64,000 nt of DNA from a virus (IMGVR_UViG_3300004481_001615); one strand, 5' to 3'. Shown: positions 44,488 to 54,561, counted from the first letter of the stretch. Notes: a model not told the origin generated them from the letters alone. Made by a program: numbers and translations.

Positions 44488-44932
44488 ATCTTTTCACTAT
44501 CTTATTGATAATACTTGTTGTACTCCTTCCCTCATAATATCTTGGCTGAACTAACTTACCACCAATCGATTCAATAAACTCCTTGCTTGCGATTAAGTCT
44601 TTATCTGTTGTGGCGTTCCAATCATCACCATGGAACAGATATTTGAGGTTATATCCCATTTCAACTAGTTGTCTCATAATCATTGTTTGGTCTCTAGTAT
44701 GGACAGTAACTGCCATATCAACGACCTTTAGTGCAGATATTATTTCAAATCTCTCATTGAATGGGATTATGGGTGTCCTTTTATATGTTGCTGTGAGCCT
44801 GTCTGTAAAGACCCCCACGACAAGAAAATCACAGTGCTTCTTGCACTCATATAGAAAGTGCAGGTGTCCGAAGTGGAATAAATCACCCACAACAAACGCA
44901 TACCCAACATTATCATTGTCCATTTTTAACAA
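44468..44932 (-). CDS. cytidylyltransferase-family nucleotidyltransferase (TagD/RfaE-domII-like)
   Basis: FVVGDLFHFGHLHFL HxGH motif. 154 aa. Confidence 0.6.
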   Translation of the reverse strand: MLKMDNDNVGYAFVVGDLFHFGHLHFLYECKKHCDFLVVGVFTDRLTATYKRTPIIPFNERFEIISALKVVDMAVTVHTRDQTMIMRQLVEMGYNLKYLFHGDDWNATTDKDLIASKEFIESIGGKLVQPRYYEGRSTTSIINKIVKRYGRKTD

Positions 44933-45131
44933 TCTCCTTAAACTCTTTACATGATTCGGTTGTAAACATCAATAGAGCAATGTTTACAGATTCCTTATTT
45001 GTGCACGTACCAGATATTTCTATCTCTTTGTGCGGTTTAAAGAAGGAACATTTGCCACATATCATTTCGTTCCCCTCACTCGTGAAAGGATAGATATTAA
45101 AATTGTCACTGTATAGAGAAGGAAGTGGCAC
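44913..45131 (-). CDS. small Cys-containing protein (72 aa)
   Basis: Track ORF with CGKCS...C...C. Overlaps both neighbours, so it is uncertain. Confidence 0.25.
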   Translation of the reverse strand: MPLPSLYSDNFNIYPFTSEGNEMICGKCSFFKPHKEIEISGTCTNKESVNIALLMFTTESCKEFKEIVKNGQ

Positions 45132-45667
45132 AGTAATAAGATATCCAATCTATTAAAAATAAGCCCAAAAAATATCCCGAACTCAGGAAGTAGTTGAACA
45201 CCAATCCTGCGGATTAATGAGTAGTTTGTTCCTAACAATCCGGTTTCTTGGTATGGTATAGAGATTGCGGTTAAAAAGAGGACCATTGTAACTATCCCGA
45301 TAGCATATTGATTTGTAATATATGCCGATAAGAGAAGCATCAATGAAACTACAATTCCGTGGTTGATGTGGTCTAAGAACTCGCCGTGTTTAGAAGCGGT
45401 CCCATTATATCGAGCAATCCAACCATCTGAATAGTCGAATGCTATATAAACCCATAGAAAAACTACCGCTAAGAGATTTAGACCGAGATACATACAATAA
45501 ATACCAATTAGCCCTGACTCCGCACTCAACAGTGTTGTCTGGTCTGCTGATGTGCCGAAACTTATGAGCATTCGAGTGAGCTTCTCGGACGCGTGTAGCT
45601 TACCATGGAGACTAAACACACGTCTTGCCTTTTGTAGCCGAACCTCATCAATTTCCATGATAGTCAC
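45062..45667 (-). CDS. CDP-alcohol phosphatidyltransferase family membrane protein
   Basis: DYSDGWIARYNGTASKHGEFLDHINH fits D-G-x2-A-R-x8-G-x3-D-x3-(D/H). Several TM helices. Confidence 0.45.
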   Translation of the reverse strand: MTIMEIDEVRLQKARRVFSLHGKLHASEKLTRMLISFGTSADQTTLLSAESGLIGIYCMYLGLNLLAVVFLWVYIAFDYSDGWIARYNGTASKHGEFLDHINHGIVVSLMLLLSAYITNQYAIGIVTMVLFLTAISIPYQETGLLGTNYSLIRRIGVQLLPEFGIFFGLIFNRLDILLLCHFLLYTVTILISILSRVRGTK

Positions 45668-46305
45668 ACCCGTTTGTATAGTATCACAACCTGCTCATTC
45701 ATTCCTGTGGGTCGAAGATGAACTAGTTCAAACCCTCGTTGTCTGAGGTACTTTGTGAAATACTCAATACGGAAACTATATTCCTTAACACCTCCCTTCT
45801 TGCTATTGAGTAGTTCCCAGCCGACTTTCATCAACATACCCATGGGACTAAAGTGGTTTGGTTGTATAACCATAATATACTTATCTGCAATTCTAATGAA
45901 CTCATCCATATATGGTTCTGGGTTTTTAAAGTGCTCCCAGAGACCCTCACTGAAAACGAGACCAAAGTGCCTGTTTGGGAATGGTGTATTACCAGCATCA
46001 CCAAGAATGACATCTTTATCTCTTTCAAAACCATAAACCTCCTTCGATGCTTCTATTCCCTTTTCTGTGTACTCTATACCAATGGAGTTTTTGAATCCCA
46101 CTTCTCGGATAATATTTAGTGTTGAACCGTTCCCAGAACCCATATCAACAACAAGCATGTCCTTCGGGAGTAGCGCAAGTAGTTCACGCATAATTTGTAG
46201 TCGTTGCCTCCTGACTCTACGACCGAACCAAGAAGCATTTTCTTCAAGCGAACCGCCCATTTCCCAGTGACGGTCCCACGCTACTTTTACTTCTTTATCA
46301 CTCAT
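45664..46305 (-). CDS. class I SAM-dependent methyltransferase
   Basis: VVDMGSGNGSTL motif I. Confidence 0.5.
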   Translation of the reverse strand: MSDKEVKVAWDRHWEMGGSLEENASWFGRRVRRQRLQIMRELLALLPKDMLVVDMGSGNGSTLNIIREVGFKNSIGIEYTEKGIEASKEVYGFERDKDVILGDAGNTPFPNRHFGLVFSEGLWEHFKNPEPYMDEFIRIADKYIMVIQPNHFSPMGMLMKVGWELLNSKKGGVKEYSFRIEYFTKYLRQRGFELVHLRPTGMNEQVVILYKRV

Positions 46306-47468
46306 TTTTCTAACTTCCTATATAATTTTATTCCGTTCTCTTCCTTAATTAATTCCCATAATGGATTGTCTGCCCAGTAGTCTTCTATGGGTTTCCGAAC
46401 ATGAATGGTCCTACCCTCATTAAAAACAAAATACAAACCCATGTTAGACATCCTAGGTGTAAGTAAAACCATTTTAAATCTTGGATTGAGCGGGTCAAGA
46501 AAATCCAAACTTAGATTCATAAGTTGTGTTGTGTTCAAACTGATGGTCGGACTTATCATAACCAGTGTTGTATTTGAACCGATAGTCAGGTTTACCACGA
46601 GACTACTTGTTCTCAGCGAAACACGGAGAGGGTAGTCTACGAACCATTCTTGATTTGTAAAGTTCTCCATGTTTAGATTATCAATAAATAAATATTCTTC
46701 ACGAGTCAAAGCATCTCCAGTAAAAAGCACAATGGGAGTAAGTATAGAAATACTAATCAGAGAGATTACTGACAACACAGCTAACCTCTTATAATCTAAG
46801 ACCTTTACTGCATAGTAAATAAATGGTATGAGGAAATAATATGTGAGCCTTGGCGGAGAGAACACATTTGGCATATAGTTAATCCATGAGAACGCAAACA
46901 ACCCAACAGCTACAATAAAGTAGACGTCCATCAAACGATTTCGCTGATTATACACCCAACTATATACTGCAACACAACCAAGTGAGACTAGACCACCAAA
47001 CATGATTAGGCCCTGCAACAATTCCCCAAAAGAATAAAGCCATAGATTACTTAACTTTAAACCGGCCAGTAGATTTGCTAGAGAGAGATTTGTTACCAAT
47101 CTCTGATGTGGGTTTAAAGGAGAGTAAAACAAGAGTATAGATACAATCAACGCTACGATGACTATAACTCTTCTCTTGTTAGAGGCAACCACAAACTGGT
47201 CAGCAAACATTACACCAACGATAAAGACAGGTGGAAGTAGGTGACTCAGTACAGATAGAGCTAAAAATGGCAGAACAAAGAGGTACTTCTTCCTTTGATA
47301 GAATGCAAATGCAGTTAATGCAAAGAAGAATCCTAATGTCTCCGTTGAGCCAAAGTAAGCACTCCTGTAATAGGCAATTTCACTCACTGCCCATAAAGTA
47401 CATCCCATGATGCTCTGCTTGATGGTGAGGTTATTCCTCAGGACATACCATAATGGGATTATTGTCAA
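46302..47468 (-). CDS. polytopic membrane protein, GT-C-like glycosyltransferase candidate
   Basis: About 9 TM helices plus a C-terminal soluble domain. The frame stays open a further 97 codons upstream, to 47759, with no canonical start. Confidence 0.4.
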   Translation of the reverse strand: MTIIPLWYVLRNNLTIKQSIMGCTLWAVSEIAYYRSAYFGSTETLGFFFALTAFAFYQRKKYLFVLPFLALSVLSHLLPPVFIVGVMFADQFVVASNKRRVIVIVALIVSILLFYSPLNPHQRLVTNLSLANLLAGLKLSNLWLYSFGELLQGLIMFGGLVSLGCVAVYSWVYNQRNRLMDVYFIVAVGLFAFSWINYMPNVFSPPRLTYYFLIPFIYYAVKVLDYKRLAVLSVISLISISILTPIVLFTGDALTREEYLFIDNLNMENFTNQEWFVDYPLRVSLRTSSLVVNLTIGSNTTLVMISPTISLNTTQLMNLSLDFLDPLNPRFKMVLLTPRMSNMGLYFVFNEGRTIHVRKPIEDYWADNPLWELIKEENGIKLYRKLEK

Positions 47469-47719
47469 TGCACCGAAGAACGGGTTTATATATTTACTCA
47501 GTAGTAGGTAATCAATATGAGTAATCTGCCATGTCCAGTAGATGAGTTGATGTTCTAGGACTGGGTAATATCCAATCTGTGGGCTTGTACCAAAGTGAAC
47601 AAAATCATAGACAGTAATGAAATTGTAGTTCTCCTCGAGTATAAACCGATAGACTAGAAAGAGGTGTGGGATAGCTCTGATGAAGAAACCAATAGCACCG
47701 AGTGCTACTAGTGTTAGTG

Positions 47720-49078
47720 TTACTTTTCTCTCAAGAATCGTAGCATACCCACTCCATCTTCAATAACGTGTTTAATCTCTCTCGGAGAGCTTAATGTCTG
47801 TAACCACCATTTTGGGTTGTAGAGATAGAACTGTCTAAAACAATACTGTTCCCACTTCCGCATCTCATCGAAATCCATCATATGTTTATTGGGAAGGTCT
47901 TTATATGCACTCATCACATCAATGATGGGCACGTTTGGATAGGGTTGTAGTTGTGCAACATTGATGCGGGTGGCATCGGATTTTTTAATCCAACTAACCA
48001 TATTTTTTATCTGTTGTTCTGTCATCCAAGGAAATATCATAAATGATGAACTTGTCCACATACCCAATTTCTTGACGTTGGTTGCAAACTCTGATTGCTG
48101 TTGTACCGTGAGGTCTTTTCTAATCTCATTTAGTATTGTTTGGTCAGGGACCTCATAACCAACGTGCATTGTTCGACAACCAGCATCTTTCATCAATTTG
48201 AGAGTCTCGTAGTCTTTATCTGCACGAGAGTAACAACCCCAAACAATATCCAGTTTCTCATCCAGAAGAGTTTGGCTGATTTCTACTGCTCTGGGTGTCG
48301 GTAGGGTTGAGTCTTGGAAGAACACCTGATTTACTTCTGTGAGACATTCTTTTATGAACCATAACTCGTCTATTACTAGTCTCAGAGACCTTTTCTGGTA
48401 CCGTTGGGGATGTAATCTATCCATACCATTAATCCATGAACAAAAAGCACATCTGTGCGGGCAACTCGAGGCAGTGAACAAATCAACAAAGGGATGACGG
48501 AAGCTCGTTTGATGATAACTAGGAATGCTGAGGTGTTTTTTGTAAACACCAGTAACAAATGGCATCCAATCAAGTTCTCTTGTTGTGTAGGGTTCTCGTT
48601 GTGGATTGAATAGTATTTTGTTATCCTCTCTGTACCTGAGTCCTGGTATATCCTTTTTATCCGTACTATCAAAGAGTTTTGGAAGTGTATATTCGAACTG
48701 ACCAAATGTCATGCTATTTACCGACCTGCACTTTTCTAGTGCATTGGGCATGTGAGCTGACCATGGGCCAACAAGTGTAACGTCCCAGTGTGTTCCAAGT
48801 ATATCAGCAAATTTTAGGTCTGTTTCTGCGGTATCGTAAGCCCAGTAATATGCAATCTTATCTGGGTTCCATTTTATGATAGTGTTGTAGGTCTCATTGA
48901 TTGATGACCCCATAACAGAAGCGTCGATTAATTTACATTCATAACCATACTTCTCTAAAACTCCGGTTGCATAGGCTAGGTAGATAGGAGGCCAGCTCTG
49001 TGTATGGATTTTAGACCTCCTTACTAGTCTTCCTGTTCTGATAACATCTCCGGGTGGATTTAAGAGAAGTATCTTCAT
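47720..49078 (-). CDS. B12-binding-domain radical SAM enzyme
   Basis: N-terminal MKILLLNPP B12-binding-like region, then SSCPHRCAFCSW CxxxCxxC. 452 aa. Confidence 0.6.
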   Translation of the reverse strand: MKILLLNPPGDVIRTGRLVRRSKIHTQSWPPIYLAYATGVLEKYGYECKLIDASVMGSSINETYNTIIKWNPDKIAYYWAYDTAETDLKFADILGTHWDVTLVGPWSAHMPNALEKCRSVNSMTFGQFEYTLPKLFDSTDKKDIPGLRYREDNKILFNPQREPYTTRELDWMPFVTGVYKKHLSIPSYHQTSFRHPFVDLFTASSCPHRCAFCSWINGMDRLHPQRYQKRSLRLVIDELWFIKECLTEVNQVFFQDSTLPTPRAVEISQTLLDEKLDIVWGCYSRADKDYETLKLMKDAGCRTMHVGYEVPDQTILNEIRKDLTVQQQSEFATNVKKLGMWTSSSFMIFPWMTEQQIKNMVSWIKKSDATRINVAQLQPYPNVPIIDVMSAYKDLPNKHMMDFDEMRKWEQYCFRQFYLYNPKWWLQTLSSPREIKHVIEDGVGMLRFLREK

Positions 49079-49081
49079 ATT

Positions 49082-49324
49082 CTAACCCCTAAAAGCTAAT
49101 AAAATCATTATTAGCACAGTAAGTGTTACAGCGAGGAGCCCCCAAACAGGGTTGAAGAGTAAATGAGATTCTGGTCTTGGATGTATAAAATCCACAACCC
49201 AACCAGACCTACATCTGTTGCAGTAATAGTATATCCTACCTTCATCATCAGTGACAGCATCTCTGCACTTAAGCCAATTTATCTCTGGGCAGATTTGACC
49301 ATCAATCTTTCTTTTCTCACTCAA
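49082..49324 (-). CDS. small Zn-ribbon protein with a C-terminal TM helix
   Basis: CPEINWLKC...CNRCRSGW, then a hydrophobic tail. Confidence 0.35.
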   Translation of the reverse strand: MSEKRKIDGQICPEINWLKCRDAVTDDEGRIYYYCNRCRSGWVVDFIHPRPESHLLFNPVWGLLAVTLTVLIMILLAFRG

Positions 49325-49325
49325 G

Positions 49326-50249
49326 TTAAAGTGTCCTCCAATCGGGTGGTTCTATGGCATTTTTATCTTCATAATAGTCGAATAGTGTTTGAATTATACT
49401 ATAAACATCATATCTCGGTGCCCAACCCACCGTATCAGTGATTTGTTTAGTTGAAAGTGTGCTTTTTTTGATGTATCCCGGTGCTCCATAGGGTACTAGC
49501 TTATAATTCAGGTGATATCCCCTATCCTCTGCCTCTTGCGAAACTATCTCTACGAGCTGTTTTCCAGATGTTTCCATACCCATCGACAAGTTAAAGGTCC
49601 CACAACCACCCCACGATGGTGCTTTGATTAAAGCATCAACAATATCTCTGACATCTATTAAATCACGGTATGTTTGCCCTTTGTAAAAGACATCGACAGG
49701 AGTGTTGTTGATAGAACACCAGACAAGTCGATTAGGGAAACAACGCCCTCGAGTGCCAACAACCGTACCGAAACGGAAGATTGTAAATGGAACACCAGAC
49801 TTCCTTATTATTTCTTCTGCTACCCACTTTGAATAACCATACGGACTTGACAGTCTTATCGGGTCAAACTCTTCAATCTTCCGTCCCTCACCATAAACAT
49901 TTGCTGTTGATGAGAACACAATACATTCGGGCTTTATGGAGTGGAGTGCATTGTATGTTCCACTAGCATTACTACGGAAGATATCTTTATCACCGTAGAA
50001 CCAGCTTGACTCACCCTTTGTCATTGTCCAAGGCATAGCGGCCAAGTGAAATAGCACATCGGGTTGGTCACCCAAATATGTAAAGTTTGGGTCAGCTAGG
50101 TCAGCGTGCTCATATAAGACATCATCTTTTATTGTGGCTGGCGGTTTTTTATCTATATTGATTACCCTACGGGAACGTGTATGTAACTCATCAACAAGAT
50201 GTGAACCAATAAAACCTGACCCACCAGTAACTACACATACTTTACGCAT
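49326..50249 (-). CDS. NAD-dependent sugar-nucleotide epimerase/dehydratase (SDR)
   Basis: VTGGSGFIGSHLV Rossmann motif and YGYSK YxxxK. Confidence 0.65.
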   Translation of the reverse strand: MRKVCVVTGGSGFIGSHLVDELHTRSRRVINIDKKPPATIKDDVLYEHADLADPNFTYLGDQPDVLFHLAAMPWTMTKGESSWFYGDKDIFRSNASGTYNALHSIKPECIVFSSTANVYGEGRKIEEFDPIRLSSPYGYSKWVAEEIIRKSGVPFTIFRFGTVVGTRGRCFPNRLVWCSINNTPVDVFYKGQTYRDLIDVRDIVDALIKAPSWGGCGTFNLSMGMETSGKQLVEIVSQEAEDRGYHLNYKLVPYGAPGYIKKSTLSTKQITDTVGWAPRYDVYSIIQTLFDYYEDKNAIEPPDWRTL

Positions 50250-50348
50250 TTTTCTTTCCCTCTTTTTTCTTCTTTTCTTCTAATATTATTGGGCAATGAA
50301 GAACGTTAAAACATGTCAAACAATCGATACCGGGAGAACATGCTTTTC

Positions 50349-50570
50349 TCATTCTTCCATCGCCTCCGTCACTTCCTTTTTTATATCTGAAAACGACTTT
50401 CCCTTATAGAACCACCACAAACAACTCGGGATGCTCGTGAGTGGGATGAGCGTGAAATGGACATACATGTCATTGTATATACCATCAATGTTTCTCTTTA
50501 TATATAGACCAACCAAACTGTCTATTACAATGTATATAACAAATAGATAAAATACGCTATCCATTACCTT
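50349..50570 (-). CDS. possible small membrane protein (C-terminal part of track ORF 50349..50801)
   Basis: Only the portion that does not overlap the GT2 gene looks like a TM protein (VFYLFVIYIVIDSLVGLYI). Start uncertain. Confidence 0.2.
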   Translation of the reverse strand, partial: KVMDSVFYLFVIYIVIDSLVGLYIKRNIDGIYNDMYVHFTLIPLTSIPSCLWWFYKGKSFSDIKKEVTEAMEE

Positions 50571-51763
50571 CTTTTCAACTCCATTATTTGTCGCTTCGCA
50601 ACCATTATGATGATTGAGAATAATAGTAAAATCAAGCCAACCGACAACGCACCCACACCGATAATTCCCAGTCCGATTGAGAATGTGTCTTCTACCTGAT
50701 ATATGTATAACATCTTTAATAGAGAGTACCCAGCATAACCGAGTGCTAGGAGTGCAGGAACAATCAGCACGAGGAAAGTATTTCTCCACAGGAGTGTCCA
50801 CATCACAGTTTCGATGAGATTCTTCCCGTGGGTCAGGGTAGGTGTAGAGTGCTCTGTATCAGCGTAAACAATATTACAGGGAACCTCAGATAATCGTAGG
50901 TCGTTCGAACGGGCGATATTGAGAACTTCCAACGATGCGCTCATACTATAGTCAGAGAGTTTCATAGTATTTATTGCTTTCCTGTTATATGCACGAAAAC
51001 CGCACTGACTATCACCAACGCCAAGGATTGTATTTATGGTCTTTATGATAACCTGACGGTGGATTGGTGTATCGTGACTGCCTAAGAACCGATTACCTAT
51101 CACGATGTCTGACTCTCTCAGAGCAAGTAGGAATTGTGGTATCTGAGTCGGGTCATGTTGACCGTCACCATCTAGGATTACAAGTTTATCATAATCATAC
51201 TGGCGAGCATGGTCAAAGAGTTTGTCTAACGCCCCACCATAACCAAGATTAGGATGACCATTAATTATATACGCACCTGCACTGGAGGCATAATAAGGAG
51301 TTTTGTCCGTGCATCCATCACAATAGACAACAACATCACCATGCTTTTTTGCATTGAGAACAACCTGTATGATATGGTCCTCTTCCTGATGCGCGGGGAT
51401 GCCAATCATTACATTCCCGTGGATTGGGAACTCGACCTTTGGTGTGTTATTGAAGAGTTCTATCTCTTTCGGGTCATTTGAGTCTCCACTACAAGCAACT
51501 CGGTGATAGTGGTCTGGGATTGAGCAGTGTGTTGAATCAACAACATACCATGGTTGATTGTGTCGGATGGATATCATATAATCATAGAGGACTGTTGTAC
51601 ATCTGAGTTCTTCTTCGAATGTTGGTTCTTTTGTGTGCCTGTGTGTACAGGACATAACTCTGACCAAGTGACCCTTATCATCGATTGTGTTAACAAGGAA
51701 GACTAAATCATCATTATAGAGTAGTTTTTCTTTATTTGGTATATCACATATAGGACAGGACAT
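50564..51763 (-). CDS. GT2 glycosyltransferase (DPM1/GtrB-like) with an N-terminal Cys/His domain and C-terminal TM helices
   Basis: VILDGDGQHDP signature, CPICD...CTHRH at the N-terminus, and two TM helices at the C-terminus. Confidence 0.6.
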   Translation of the reverse strand: MSCPICDIPNKEKLLYNDDLVFLVNTIDDKGHLVRVMSCTHRHTKEPTFEEELRCTTVLYDYMISIRHNQPWYVVDSTHCSIPDHYHRVACSGDSNDPKEIELFNNTPKVEFPIHGNVMIGIPAHQEEDHIIQVVLNAKKHGDVVVYCDGCTDKTPYYASSAGAYIINGHPNLGYGGALDKLFDHARQYDYDKLVILDGDGQHDPTQIPQFLLALRESDIVIGNRFLGSHDTPIHRQVIIKTINTILGVGDSQCGFRAYNRKAINTMKLSDYSMSASLEVLNIARSNDLRLSEVPCNIVYADTEHSTPTLTHGKNLIETVMWTLLWRNTFLVLIVPALLALGYAGYSLLKMLYIYQVEDTFSIGLGIIGVGALSVGLILLLFSIIIMVAKRQIMELKRR

Positions 51764-52746
51764 TAGATAAACCTCCTTTTTAATAATGTTAGGAATGTGT
51801 AGAACACATTACGGGTGAACATAAAATCAGTATTTGGATAACAACCATAGACACAACCAGCACATGCCAGTTGGATTTTGAGGGCGTCTATTTCTCTGTC
51901 AAACCTCCACCAGTAGTCAAAGTCCTCAGAGAGAATGTTTTTGTCTGTAAAGTAATCTTGGCAGTACCCAAAATCACCATTCGGCATGATGTCTATGAAC
52001 CTCAGACCAGCACGGCATAAGTAGGGTCGTTTACCAACCATGTAATCTCTCGACATCTTTGTAAATGGTATTGTATCCATGAGAGGATAATTCCAGTAGT
52101 TTCTATCGATAAAGTCGTATATCTCATTGACTTTTCCTTTATCATAGATATCGGAGCTGACTCTAAAAGAGTACTCTGACGCTTCTGTTTTTACCACTGC
52201 AGGACAGAGCATGATGCTGAATTTGTTTACTCGAGCAAAGTCCAGCATGGTTCTAATTGACCCTAAGTTCAGGTTACTATTACTTATAACACAACTTATA
52301 TTGGGTTTGATACCATTCTCTTTCAGGACAAAGATTGATTTTATAACTTTCGTTGGGTCGTATTTTGTCTCACTAGGTATTAATGAGTCGAGACTGACGG
52401 ATACAAAATCAATACCAGACTTTGCTAAACTAATATATTTATCCTCGGGCATTGTACCATTAGTTGTTATTTGTGTATACATGCCCAGTGACTTTGCATA
52501 CTTTATGAGGTCTGTTATGTCGTCTCTGAGCATTGGTTCTCCGCCAGTGAAACTCAAGATATGGACACCCAACTCTTTTATTTTATCTATAACCTTCTTT
52601 GATAGGTCGGTATCCTCAAACTTGCTGTAGTCCTTCCTCCAGATACCACAATAACTACATCTGAGGTTGCAACGTGTTGTAACGAAATAATGAGCAAAAA
52701 ACGGTCTAGAGGAATCTGCTAGGCACTTGAGATATTCTGTAATCAC
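51763..52746 (-). CDS. radical SAM enzyme with a C-terminal Cys-rich (SPASM-like) domain
   Basis: FVTTRCNLRCSYCGIW CxxxCxxC, plus C...CAGCVYGC later. Confidence 0.6.
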   Translation of the reverse strand: MITEYLKCLADSSRPFFAHYFVTTRCNLRCSYCGIWRKDYSKFEDTDLSKKVIDKIKELGVHILSFTGGEPMLRDDITDLIKYAKSLGMYTQITTNGTMPEDKYISLAKSGIDFVSVSLDSLIPSETKYDPTKVIKSIFVLKENGIKPNISCVISNSNLNLGSIRTMLDFARVNKFSIMLCPAVVKTEASEYSFRVSSDIYDKGKVNEIYDFIDRNYWNYPLMDTIPFTKMSRDYMVGKRPYLCRAGLRFIDIMPNGDFGYCQDYFTDKNILSEDFDYWWRFDREIDALKIQLACAGCVYGCYPNTDFMFTRNVFYTFLTLLKRRFI

Positions 52747-53333
52747 TTTGTGTACCTCCAGATATCTATAAGGTCTTTGAACATCTGGAACCAGACCTTA
52801 CGAACATCCACAGTGCTGTTCTCATTATAACTATAATATTCATTGATTTCGCAGACTTTGTGGTTCCTTTTTAGTGCTCTTATTAGGAACTCTGTACTCC
52901 AAGCAAATCCCTTTACTCGTTGGTCTTTGAGGAGGTCTAAACCAACATCACGCTTAAAGGACATTGTACCACTTTGGAAATCTAAATTGACACCAAAAAA
53001 AGCGAGAGTAAGTGCTCCGTATCCAAATGATGCTACGCGCCTCACAAGGGGAAACTCTCGAATCCTGAGTATCGTAGATATATCAGCAGTGTCAAGAAGA
53101 TTTACTAACCTATTCATACCGATTGTTGTTGTTGGCACATCAACATCTGTAGTGAGGACAATATCTCCCTTAGCATTTTCTGTTCCAACTTTTATTGCTC
53201 CACCCTTACCCTGCCGTACATCAGAGTGCAGGTGCACAATAGAACTCATTTCTTCTGATAATCGTTTACATATCTCATAACTACCATCATGCCCTTCATC
53301 CTCAACAAGTACTATCTCAAGTGGTTTGAGCAA
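52743..53333 (-). CDS. GT2 glycosyltransferase, possibly N-terminally disrupted
   Basis: DVDV DxD. An in-frame upstream extension (to about 53393) encodes SIVIPIYKGSALIES, which looks like the usual GT2 N-terminal motif, but has no start codon. Confidence 0.45.
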   Translation of the reverse strand: MLKPLEIVLVEDEGHDGSYEICKRLSEEMSSIVHLHSDVRQGKGGAIKVGTENAKGDIVLTTDVDVPTTTIGMNRLVNLLDTADISTILRIREFPLVRRVASFGYGALTLAFFGVNLDFQSGTMSFKRDVGLDLLKDQRVKGFAWSTEFLIRALKRNHKVCEINEYYSYNENSTVDVRKVWFQMFKDLIDIWRYTK

Positions 53334-53413
53334 ACTGCACCTTGAAACCGCACTCTCGATTAACGCACTCCCCTTGTATATTGGGATGACTATACTGACA
53401 TGATGGTTGTAAC

Positions 53414-54163
53414 CTATTTCTTACCACTCCACGCTTTTGTGAACTCATCTATTATGGCTTTTGTTTTATCATACATCAGTATCTCGTCTAATACTTTGGG
53501 TGTAACGGTCACAATATCTGCACCACTTGTGATGCATGCTGGTATATCGTGCATTGAACGAATGCTACCACAAATTATTTTGGAATCAAATTCTGTTGTG
53601 CACTTATATCTATTTAAGTTCTCTATCTGTTTGTTAGCGTACGCTCTATCAATATCATCGGGAAAAATCTTTTCTCGTGATTCCATTGATAGGAGGCTCG
53701 TCCTTTTATGGGGAAGTGAATTATATCGTGATTCCATTGATAGGTCTATCATTCTATTATAGAAAAGTGAGACGTACTGTGGGTCCTGTTGCATTGCAAG
53801 AATCCCCTGACTCGCTGAGAGCAAACAAGTAACATTGATATTTATTTCTCTCTTGGAGAGATGTTTTATCAGACTCAAACTCTCAAACCCATAGAACGGA
53901 ACTTTTATAGTAATCAAATCAGAGATTGAACAGTAATGTAGTGCCTCTACAACCAAGTCAGTTTCTGGCTTGGTTGGGTCTAGGAGTTCAACAGATACAG
54001 ACTCTAGACCACTAAGCCCACATATAACTGCTAATGTTTCATCAATGTTTTTCACACCATCTTGTGCGAGTATCTTTGGATTAGTAGTTACACCACTAAT
54101 CAATTTCAAATCAATGGCCCGTACAATTTGAACAACATCGGCCGTATCTAAAAACAAACTCAT
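53414..54163 (-). CDS. transaldolase / fructose-6-phosphate aldolase (FSA/TalC family)
   Basis: MSLFLDTADVVQ...GVTTNPKIL is near-identical in pattern to the FSA/TalC N-terminal signature. 249 aa. Confidence 0.7.
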   Translation of the reverse strand: MSLFLDTADVVQIVRAIDLKLISGVTTNPKILAQDGVKNIDETLAVICGLSGLESVSVELLDPTKPETDLVVEALHYCSISDLITIKVPFYGFESLSLIKHLSKREININVTCLLSASQGILAMQQDPQYVSLFYNRMIDLSMESRYNSLPHKRTSLLSMESREKIFPDDIDRAYANKQIENLNRYKCTTEFDSKIICGSIRSMHDIPACITSGADIVTVTPKVLDEILMYDKTKAIIDEFTKAWSGKK

Positions 54164-54561
54164 TTTTTTGTAGCCTCCTTAAAACACCTGACCATATCAG
54201 GTTGAATATTTGTGATTGGATGAAACTTCTTCATCATTGATATTGCATTATCTATCGACACACCGTGCCTATATACTAGATAGAGAGCAACAATAAACGG
54301 GGAACGGGAAAAACCACCCCTACAGTGAACGAGTACGGTTGAGTCGTTCCTCACTACCTCATCTAACTCTTTAAGAACATGGTAGTAGTTATCTACAGGG
54401 TTAGGACCATCATTTAGATGCCATGTAAAGTCTTCTAATCCTGTCTTTTTGCCACCCACATTGATGACATAACCAATTCCCTTACGTTCAAGCCCTGTTT
54501 TCGTGTAGTTTGCATCACCAACAAAGATGTTACGGGTTATCTTATTCATCATATTCCCCAC
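54160..54561 (-). CDS. dual-specificity (Cys-based) protein phosphatase fold
   Basis: VHCRGGFSRSP HCx5R active-site loop. 133 aa. Confidence 0.55.
   Translation of the reverse strand: MGNMMNKITRNIFVGDANYTKTGLERKGIGYVINVGGKKTGLEDFTWHLNDGPNPVDNYYHVLKELDEVVRNDSTVLVHCRGGFSRSPFIVALYLVYRHGVSIDNAISMMKKFHPITNIQPDMVRCFKEATKK

Noticed and set aside
50349-50801. Full-length track ORF 50349..50801
   Set aside because: The 5' two-thirds overlap the C-terminal TM region of the GT2 gene 50564..51763 in another frame. Only the non-overlapping 3' part is kept, as a low-confidence small membrane protein.
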